Source of the DNA: Vicugna vicugna
Lineage: Eukaryota
Direction of reading: 5' to 3'
DNA length: 64,000 bases
Assembly: GCA_013265495.1 (NCBI GenBank)
Contig: MU057984.1
Coordinates: 551,597 to 615,596 of the forward strand
The position numbers were made by a program, and so were the translations under genes. The notes beneath the pieces are model-generated. The model was not told where the DNA came from, searched no databases, and saw only the letters and a list, made by a program, of their open reading frames with translations. Below, in pieces: positions 54,500-64,000 of this stretch (within the stretch, counting starts at the first letter, position 1; every line of letters starts with the position of its first letter).

Positions 54500-55185
54500 G
54501 AAGTAGTGAGAGAGATTTTAAAGTTCAGTTAAGACCAGATTATGAAGACTGATAAAGAGGCTTTTTTTTCCCACTAAATCATTAGGAAAGTACAGGATCG
54601 GAATCCTATTTTAAGATAATTAGTCTACTGGCAGTAAGAAGGAGCAACTGGATAGAGGTGTAGCAAGCAGCTCAACAACTATTAAAACATATTGCTGTGG
54701 GGCTCATGGTGGCAGTGGAGACAGAAAAGAGAAAATAAATGTGGATGTGGTTATAAGTCCAGCTCTATGGGACGTCGCCAATGACTGGAGGCCAAATATG
54801 AAGGATAGTCAAAGATGTGTTTGAGATATCTGGAGTGAGTCACTGGAGGGAATGAAAGAAAGGAAATGACTTGGGGCTGGAGATGATGAGCTCCATTTGG
54901 AGCATGCTGAACTAGAGATAGAGTTATGCAGCAACATTTTGAAAGGCAGGAATGAGGTCGAAGTTACTAGGATGGGTTTGTGAGTCATTTGATAAAGGCC
55001 AAGGAAAGATTCTAGGATGAATATAAAGAGTGAAAATGGAAAAGTTGGATAGGATAATTCCAGGAAGGAGCAAAAAAGAAAAGACAGTGTGGTAGATAGA
55101 AGTTGGGAGGGAAGAGAATAGCAGTCTCATAGGAGACAAGAGATAATGTATCAAAGAAGAGTAGAGTCTGAGGAAGGCAACTATT
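54500..55185 (-). mobile_element. L2 fragment
   Basis: tttaagataattagtct..ggagatgatgagctccatttggagcatgctgaact. Confidence 0.6.
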
Positions 55186-57239
55186 AAAAACAAAAACAAT
55201 TGCATCAAAAATCCTGATCTTAAGATTTATTTTGAGTAACACTTCAAATTGCAGAGATAGATACAAAATAACTTTATATACGGCCTCTGCTGTTTGCAAT
55301 TTGGTCAGGGACTTAAAGGGACTTAACTGTACACAGCAAACAGCAAAGTGGTCATTTAGGGCTGTATATTTGTGAAGTCTCTAAAGCAAGTAGTAGACAT
55401 GATAAACATCAAAGAAATCTATGGAATGGAGATGGTCAGTATGGATGAGAAAGCTTGGAGGATGTCTCTTGAAGAGAAGGGTTAGGGATTAAATCTAAAA
55501 AAAAAAAAAACAGACAGTTTGAAATGTCAAATAATAACTCACAGAGCTAGTTATTTTAAGCACAGTATTTACTTGTGAACAAGGAAAACCAATTGTCAAA
55601 ATATCAGTGTTTAAGAGTCATGGAAGATGAATGATCCGGGGACTGTTATAAAACCAGCCTTTGGTCTGGCAGAACTGAGAACTGACCAAAATGTCTTAGT
55701 CCTGAGCCTTCTGTGGACTTGCCCTAGAGCGCAAGGTACCAGGCAGTCAATCAGTCTGGAGAAATTCTATTTCCTAACTACAGATGGTTGCTGGGAGCCA
55801 AGTTAAAACAAAACAAAACAAAACAAAACCACCAAAACCCTTGTCTGTGTTTGAAAATTCCTAACATGTGGTGATTTGTTTTAACTGTGGTAAAAGTCAA
55901 AAAATACTTTGCATTTAATAAACAGACGCCTGCACATGTGAATAAGGGGTGTTTAGAATGCTTGCCAGTACTTGCTTTTATACTAATCCTTCTGTTTCCA
56001 ATGGCTCGTTGCTTTGTGTATGCTCAAATCCTTTCAGCATTAACACTATAATTAATATTTTTCACAGATTAACATTTTCTCACATTTTAGTGACAGAATC
56101 TTTTTCAATAGATCGTGGCTGTGATATTATCTTCTTTGACCCTTTATTTCAATTGCTACATTGGATTGCTAATAGAAATTTTGTCATCCTGTAATCACCT
56201 AGTGGTTCTGAGAGCAACAATGGACCATTTTGTAACATTCAGTGGAATTTCTAACAAGACTAAGTACTTTCATTTGACCACATTCTTAGCAAATTCTGGC
56301 AATTGTGGCATTTTGAACTGTCTGTCCAAAGAACTACTGTTCTACAAAGGAAAGTATTACCATTTACCTTATTGCTTATTTTGACATGTTTGATGAAATA
56401 ATAACTGTAATTCTTATGAATGAAAAACACTGCTGTTAAACTATTTTCTTTAGGGGAGCAGAGCTTTACGTGGTAACACTTATGTTTAATTGTATGTACC
56501 ACATGAAGATGCCCCTGACTTTCTGAATGAAATGTAAGTGTTCATTTTATAATAGCTTGCTAAAGTAAGTAACATTCAATAAATGTTTGGGACACTGTGA
56601 TGGCCTTTTACTAATTTTATATATTCTTAAAGTTAATGCGGTGCTGAAGTTTAAATCTGTGTACACTAAGTTCTTTCAATGTATCTAATTTCAATTTCAT
56701 TGAACCAGAAAGTAATCATTATTTACAGAGAAGTTTGCATTTCTTCCAGACATTACAAATTATTTCTTTAAATTACAGCATTAAATATTTATCACTGATG
56801 TTGCCAGATTGGAATGCACATGGACAACAGAAATAGGGTAATCTGACATCGTTACATTATGTTTACATTTTTATTTCAGTAGTGTGACCATCAGTCAACA
56901 GGTGGATGGTGTGATTAGTGGGAAGCTCAGCACTAAATTCAGAGAACTATCAAGGAGACAAAATGAATGTGAGAACAAAACGGCGAAACATCTCCAGTGG
57001 ACAAGTGGTATGGTTCAGTAAGCCTAGATTAACAAGGCAATAATCATGTGTCCTGGAAAATGGAGGTTGTAAAAGTTGACCAACTGCCAGACTCCATTCT
57101 CTAATACTCATATCTACCTGTGGTCACCAAGTAAAATGAATCAAGGACTCTATTAGAACTATGACTCCACCTACCTGAATCATCACAATGTATAAGTAGT
57201 AACAAGTTAGTGTATTAATGGTAAACTTTTTTTAAATAA

Positions 57240-57330
57240 ATGAGAGGGCAGGATATATATGGGAAATCTTTGTTTCTTCCTCTTAATTTTCCTGGAACCT
57301 AAAACTGCTCTAAAAAAAATAAGGTTTTAA
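57240..57330 (+). mobile_element. L1MD-type 3' tail
   Basis: atatgggaaatctttgt..gaacctaaaactgctctaaaaaaaataa. Confidence 0.7.
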
Positions 57331-57925
57331 ACATAAAACTGACAAGAGCTTCTGTTATTATTAAAAATCATTATTTACTAAGATTAAATGACCAACATTA
57401 AATCTTGCCAATAATTACAACTTGCATCTTTAATCTTTCCCCATGGACAGAGTGAGGGAGAGGAATAAAGTATAATGATAATACAGCCAGGTATTGAAAT
57501 GGGATGCTTTCTGATTCACATTTGTTTGAGATGCTGAAGTTCTAGAACCAAGTACCATATGTCTCAAAGGTACACAAAAGTTGTAGCTGGTGATTAGGGG
57601 AGACTGTTTCCTTGCAGAGAGTTATTTGTGTGCTGTTGTTTGTGACTATCTCCCACGAAGCCAAATGAAAGAAGAGACCATATAGGGAGCTTTAAGTGCG
57701 ACATTCCCCAGAACCTGGGTATCATAAATGCTGATACTAGACATAATGGCTAGCAGGTCTGACTGGATACAGTAAAGGGAGAGATAAAGGGCTGCTTGGA
57801 GAGCCAACAACATTCCACTGATGGTAGGGCCAGCATGTCTGAGTATTTTTCAGATATGGGAAATGAGGGAAGGAACTAGTTTGATGCTGCTTGGATCCCT
57901 CCCAAGAGAACTGCCTGAAAAATAC

Positions 57926-58471
57926 TGGAGTTGGAAAAATTTTCCTTCTCTTCTCTCTAGGGTCTTTTGACTGGTCTAAGAATTAAACTGACATGAGACA
58001 GATTAATAGGAGAAAATCAAATTGAATTATGTGTGTACAGGGGCCGAATCAGAAAAATAAGACTCCAAGACAAATTACGCAATGGAGGCTTATATGACAT
58101 CTGAAGGAAGGAGAAGTGGGTAATAGTTTAAACTTCAAAGGGGAGGAAGGCAATTCACATGGAGATGGAAAAACAAATGTTTGCTAAACAAATGTTTGCT
58201 GGGCCAGGTAGAGACAATGGGACACAGAGTGGACTCTGAACTCTAGGCCCTGCCAAGACCCCAGTGCCACACCTCGCATATACTCTTTGCAGGTCTCTCT
58301 GGAGAGAGTGCTCTTCCTGAACCAGGCCCTTTATCTAAATTCTTCTAGATGGTTAAGGGAGAGGTAAAAACAAAGACTTCCTAAGTCTTCTGTTTCTTAA
58401 AAACAATCAGGCTAGAATAATCCTCATGCCAAAGAGATACACTGTGAAGTGGCAAATTTTGCTCCCCTACA
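57926..58471 (-). mobile_element. ERV1 solo LTR, MER34-related subtype
   Basis: Reverse complement starts tgtaggggagcaaaatttgccac; colinear with 21364-22379 minus its insert. Confidence 0.9.
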
Positions 58472-58624
58472 AAAGCAATGGGTCTCCAACAGCCAGTAAA
58501 CCACCAAATGTGTAGGGGCTATGAGTTGAAGGCCTAAGAGGCCAGGTGGAGAAAAGGCATTGCTCACATCTTGAAAAATGTCACTAGAAGCTTCTAGTAT
58601 GTCTGAGGAATCCACAAAATTCCT

Positions 58625-59020
58625 AGTATGCAAGGGTTCCCCTTTTTGTATATCCTTACCAACACTCATCTCTTGTCTTTTTGATAATAGTCTTTCTAAC
58701 AGATGTAAGGTGATATTTCACTGTGTTTATTATTTATATTTACCTGATAGCTAGTTATGTTGAGCATCTTTTCATGTACCTATTGGCCATTTGTACATCT
58801 TCTTTTGGAAAAAAAGTCTACTCAGTTCCTCTGCCCATTTTTTAATTGAATTGTTTGAGTTTTTTTGTTATTGAGTTGTATGAGTTCTTTAAATATTTTG
58901 GATATTAACCCCCTTTCAGATATATGACTCGCAAATATTTTCTCCCATTCTGTAGGTTGCATCTTCATTCTGTTGATTGTTTCCTTTACAGTGTAGAAGG
59001 TTTTAGTTTGATATAGATTT
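58625..59020 (-). mobile_element. L1 ORF2 C-terminal fragment
   Basis: ttgagcatcttttcatgtacctattggccatttg..caaatattttctcccattctgtaggttg. Confidence 0.9.
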
Positions 59021-61006
59021 ATTTTTCATAAAATGAGATCAGGCTGTATGAAATAAAATGTATTAAACTGAATTTCTTTCAAATTTAAATGAAAAAAAAT
59101 AAGGAAATTATGGAGCTTCAGATAACTATTTGTCATCAAGACAAACAGTATAAATTAAAATAGTTGTCAAATTCAAGGAAATAAATCATAAATGACATTA
59201 TGTGTTATGTTTTTTGTTGTTGTTGTTACTATGTTTCAATTTTAGGCAGTATTGATTGATTCTCCCCTATTTCAGATGAGGTAATTAGCATTATCATGTA
59301 AGTTTTCATAATCTCCTACCTCCAGGCATTTTTGTTAATTTTACTTTCCATAGATTGTCAATGTTTATCTAGCAAGCTATTTTAGTTTTGTAGTATAGAT
59401 ATCTTTAATTTGGTTTATCCTTGGGCAGTATAATCCAGAAATGGGATTAACTAATTTTGACTCTTTTCATGTTGCTTTTGAGAAGTATTTTCTTTTGCAC
59501 TCTACTGTAAACTGCTACAGTAGCCAAGTGGGATGTGATGGGGAACTCAACTAACAGGGTATGCAATATTTATTAGAGTGTTTGGACAATGTTTTGCTTC
59601 TGAGGTTTGGATACCTATCAAATATTAAGATTCACTCTACCCAGGTAGAAGTGTCTTCTACTCCCGTGGAGGAATAAGAGGAACTTATATCAGATTTTGG
59701 ATCATTCTTTGAATTGAGTGTACAGCCACTGAAACTTCACTTTTCACAGAGCATCAACCTTATTTTAACTTGTGCATTTATTCCGTTTCACCTATTTTCC
59801 TCCAGTAGCATTTCCCACTATCCCTAAACAGAAAAAGTTAAAGATAAGGACACTTACTCATTTGCTTTTTTTCTGATTTGGAGATTATTTTAAAATAACC
59901 ATTAGGACCAGGAGGGGATAGGGTGGCTTAGAAACAAATTTTGGAGCTTAACAATGATGAAATGTTCTACTCCCACCCCATAACCTATACTTTCACTTAA
60001 TATTCTTTTTCTTTCTCTCTCATTCATTTCTTCTTATTTTTCAGTTTCTTCTTAAACTTTTTTTTTCTTTTAGTTATTTCCTTAGGTGTTTGAGGAAAGC
60101 TCATTCAGTGAATTAGTGTCTCATAATGTCACATTTTGTAAGTCTTCTATTTGTTTTTAACTATAAGTCATTTTATGTAATTATGTTATTACTTTAAATT
60201 ATCTTAATGCTTTAGTGCAAAATATTTGCACTACAAAATTTAAGGTATATGTATTTCATAATTTATCTAAAAATCTATGTATAAACATAAAGGCAACAAA
60301 CATAGCTATAGGGAGAGCATTAGTTGGCAGAAACCACACTGTAAGTTATGATGAGTACAGAACATCTTCTCTCCTACCTTTCCTGTTTTCACATATCTGA
60401 CTCTCCCATTATATCTTCCCCATTTTTATTATCCCTTGCTCTTCACCAAATCATACCCTGAAATGTTAGAAGGACTCACAAGTTCTTTCAAGAGAAATAC
60501 TGTTGTTTTTTGTCACATACCAATGAGCCTATGCAAGAAATTGCATATTTCATCTGCTGTTATTGAGTTGGCTGATTACAGAATCCAAATTGGACAGTGA
60601 CTGGATTGATCATTGGTAAGAAATTAGGGGAAAACTGAGTCTCAAAGAGGTTAAAGGAAATAATGCAATAAGAGACCTTCAAGATCATGAGTATATGAAT
60701 GAAGCATTATATCTGATTATTACTTTTGTGGCAGAATAGCTGCAGATATTGACAAAACCCACAAAAGTGGTTGATTGAAGTGGTCAAGGACATCGTGATT
60801 GGAAATACGATCAAGAAGTGGAAAACCTGGGGTATAGGATAGCATCCTCATGGCTATTCAGATTATACAGAATGATGGCAAGACTTGGGGTGGAGAGGAA
60901 TACTGTGCTCAATGTCCCAAAGTCTTTAAAAAAATAAGAGAAATTTACAAAAAGTCAATAAATGATAGAGTTGAGGAAAGATAAAGAGTGAAAACGGTAA
61001 AAATGT

Positions 61007-61165
61007 CAGTGGTTCTAAAACTTGGATTTTACACAATCATTTGTAATATTTATTAAAAATGAAGATTCTTATGACAATTTCAAGATTTCAGTGTAGGTAG
61101 GTATTTGCAATTTTTTCAATGATAATCTAGGTAATTCTGATGTAAGCTGTCCACAGACCACATGA
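61007..61165. mobile_element. MER5B-like MITE
   Basis: cagtggttctaaaacttgg..taggtaattctgatg..ccacagaccaca. Confidence 0.6.
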
Positions 61166-63099
61166 AATGAATCTCAGGGAAGAAGGGAAATTGTACTGGG
61201 TAGTCAAAAGGATGCTGACTTTACCTCCCAACTGTCTTTACTTTATTGGTCTGCACTCAAGAGAAGTATGGGGAAAATGGTATCTTTGGCAGAGAGCTGG
61301 ATTTCTGTTAAGTTTAGTTGTTAAAAAAAAAAAATTCTTTACTGGGTTTCAACATAATATGTTTCCAAGAAACGTGAATTTTAGTAATTCAGAATCTTAC
61401 CTTCAAAGTTTTTATTTACTTCTTTGTGTATTTATGTTTTTGACTCCCTTCCTAGTGAGGACAGTAACATCCTTGGTGGTGGTAAGGATGAACTGGCCAT
61501 TGTGAAAATATTGCCCCAGGCTTAAAGCATTAAAGTTCATTTCACCCTCTTCCCCAGCTGCTGCTTTCAGATAAGGATTCTTCACATCCCTATTTGATCT
61601 CCAGACATGATGGGTGTAGTTTACCTCATTATTCACATGTCTTCTTTTAAGACACATCATTTTTATCCAAAAAAATTTTCATGCTATACTGTCTTTTTTA
61701 AAGTTTGTGTATCCCATGGGTACTGATGGTTTTTAATATTATATACAGTAAGTATAGGGTGCAGAGAAAATGCTTTAATTTCTGCAGAGTTGGAGCTTTA
61801 TGACACAATTTCGCTGACACTTGGAATCCTGGAATAAAAAAGCAAGCCCTCAGGAGTTAGAACTCCAGGGAGATTTAGCTAAATCCAGGGGTATGTATTT
61901 TCATTACAACATAAAAAAGACCTTGGAGACATCTTTATGTTGTAGAATCCAGGGACATCAGGGCTTATCTGGCCCTTGGAAAAATGTATTTATGATTCGA
62001 AAGGTTAAAGTGAGAACTCGGGTTTTTTCCATCCACCCCCATCTCCACAGAGTAAAGGTTTTTCTCCCTTATTTCAGGAGGGGAGGAAAAGGTAGCTACC
62101 TCTTGTTCCTTTATATAAGGAGAAAAAAAAATCCCATTTTCTCCATCCCTCACTTATTATTATGACTTCAAACTTTGTAAGTATAGGACATTTGACCTGA
62201 CTTGCATCATGTCGCCCCAGGAGTAAGAATCAGGGTGTGACAAACAACATGGTGGTCACTACCTGCATTTAAGTGAATTTGAATTTTAAGTGCATGATAA
62301 ATCTGTGTCTGAACACATCATGTGAGCATTCAGGATGAAATTAATAAAGATGATTATTAAAAACACAATAGTGAGTTTATATCTATACATATATGTGTCT
62401 GTGTAAATCACTGAACACTTCTGAATAGTGCCACATAACTGATTATTATTTAAGTCTTTTGTGACATTGTATTTAACATGAACATACAAGTGAGTGTCTT
62501 TAATAACATGCATTCTAGAAACATGAGTATTCTTTGTTACTTTACTCCTTCGTATTATTGTTTTGTTCATACACTTTTGATGTCTGAATTGAAAAATAAT
62601 TTTCAGGGGATATAATTAGGGTAGAAATCGAAATATGACTTCATATAAATTTACTGCATTAGAAAAAATATATAGAAGTTTGCACACTCAACTGTGCATA
62701 ATTAGAAAGTAGTCCTAGTGAGAGATCCAGGTTTGACAAGCCATAAGACTGAAGGCTGAGTACTTTATTAACATTACCTGTGTTCTAAATATAAATTTTA
62801 AAAACAGAATGATATTCATATAGATATTATATTATCAGTTTCTACTTTAGCAGCAAAAAGAAAATTTCATTTTTGTTGGTTTTAAATGAAGTACATATAT
62901 GTGTGATGGTCTCAACAGTAACAGCACATTTCCTTATTTTGGGGTCTCCTTGTTATAATGCTATTTGGCCTTTCACATCAAGTCTACAAGAGCAGTCACT
63001 AAAAATGTTTTTTATGCTGCTTTTTGAGTCCTTTGTTTCTCTGGGGGGAATTTGGTGCTATAAAAATGGTTTCTGGCTTTCAAATATATACAAAATAAC

Positions 63100-63950
63100 T
63101 GGGAGATATGCAGAAGAGTAGAATTCAGATAAGGGAAGAGATGAATGTGATGTAAATTTATCAACCAAGGACTTTTTGATGAGGCAGGAATTATTTGGGT
63201 TCTTGAAGGATAGATTGGATTTGGATCAGAAGTGGAGAGAGAGGAAGATGTTTGCTAGGAAGAAATGGCATGAATAGAATATAGAGCATGAACAAATAAT
63301 ATATATTTAGGAAGTCATGTGACTAGGATGTTGAAGTTTGGGATTAGAAAATCAGACAGAGCATATAGTTGGGAGACTGAGTAAAAGATAAGCATAAAAA
63401 GTTAGAAGTTTGAGGGGGAGGGTATAGCTCAATGGTAGAGCTTGTGCTTAGCATGCACAAGGTCCTGGGTCCAATCCCTAGTACCTCCATTAAGAAATAA
63501 ATAAACAAACCTAATTACCTCTCCCCCCAAAAAAATATAAAAAAAGGATTTTAAATAAAATGTGCAAAATCAATAAGGCAACTCAAAAATTAACTTGAAA
63601 AAGTTAGGAGTTTGCTTTTGGGGCATTATGGGAAATAAAGACATTTACTTTTAGAAGAGTAGAAAGGATTAAAAGGGGGAAGTGCGGCAGACAGAAAGCA
63701 CAGACCAATAAGAATGTTCTTTCAAATGTTAAAGGAGGAAAACAGTAACTATCTCCACTCAGATCATTGCAATGGGGACTGAAAGTAAGAGCTTACATAG
63801 GAGAGATCATCAGGTTTGCCAGCCACATTTACTAGTGACCAGCCGCAAAAAGAGGGCCCAGGAGAAGGGCTGTAAAACTAACTCTGGGTTTCCCAGTTTG
63901 TGATACAGAACGATTGACAATGACAGTGACAAAATATGGTTTGGTATAAA
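63100..63950 (-). mobile_element. L2 fragments (interrupted by a SINE)
   Basis: gggttcttgaaggatagattggattt..gaaatggcatgaa..actctgggtttcccagtttg. Confidence 0.5.
63413..63597 (+). mobile_element. Camelid-type tRNA-derived SINE with extended 3' tail
   Basis: A/B boxes; 17-bp TSD aaaaagttagaagtttg (63396-63412) / aaaaagttaggagtttg (63598-63614). Confidence 0.93.
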
Positions 63951-64000
63951 GCAGTCCTATATACCTGCTGGAGAAAAAATGGTTTGTAAATATTTACTTC

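Noticed and set aside
62286..62570. 94-aa ORF with a hydrophobic C-terminal stretch
   Set aside because: Composition is explained by AT-rich sequence; no homology recognised

Overview
AT-rich, CpG-poor mammalian genomic DNA with one assembly gap (382 N, 24920-25301). The tRNA-derived SINE family and the L1 3' UTRs point to a camelid (alpaca/camel type); this is inferred from repeat content. No intact protein-coding gene, RNA gene or CpG island is evident. Every ORF in the track with recognisable protein similarity is a LINE-1 ORF2 fragment. The window is a layered transposon landscape: ancient CR1/L2/MIR/L1ME, MaLR and ERVL LTRs, hAT and Tigger MITEs, nine MER34-group ERV1 solo LTRs (three carrying nested insertions), lineage-specific L1s (one with a twin-priming inversion, one with a perfect 16-bp TSD) and five SINEs. 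The best non-repeat signal is an old 989-bp-offset duplication (37217-37302 / 38206-38291) that begins at a minus-strand splice acceptor and looks like a relic duplicated exon. I found no convincing novel biological system. Repeat family names come from recalled consensus sequences, not from a database search, and boundaries of old elements are approximate.
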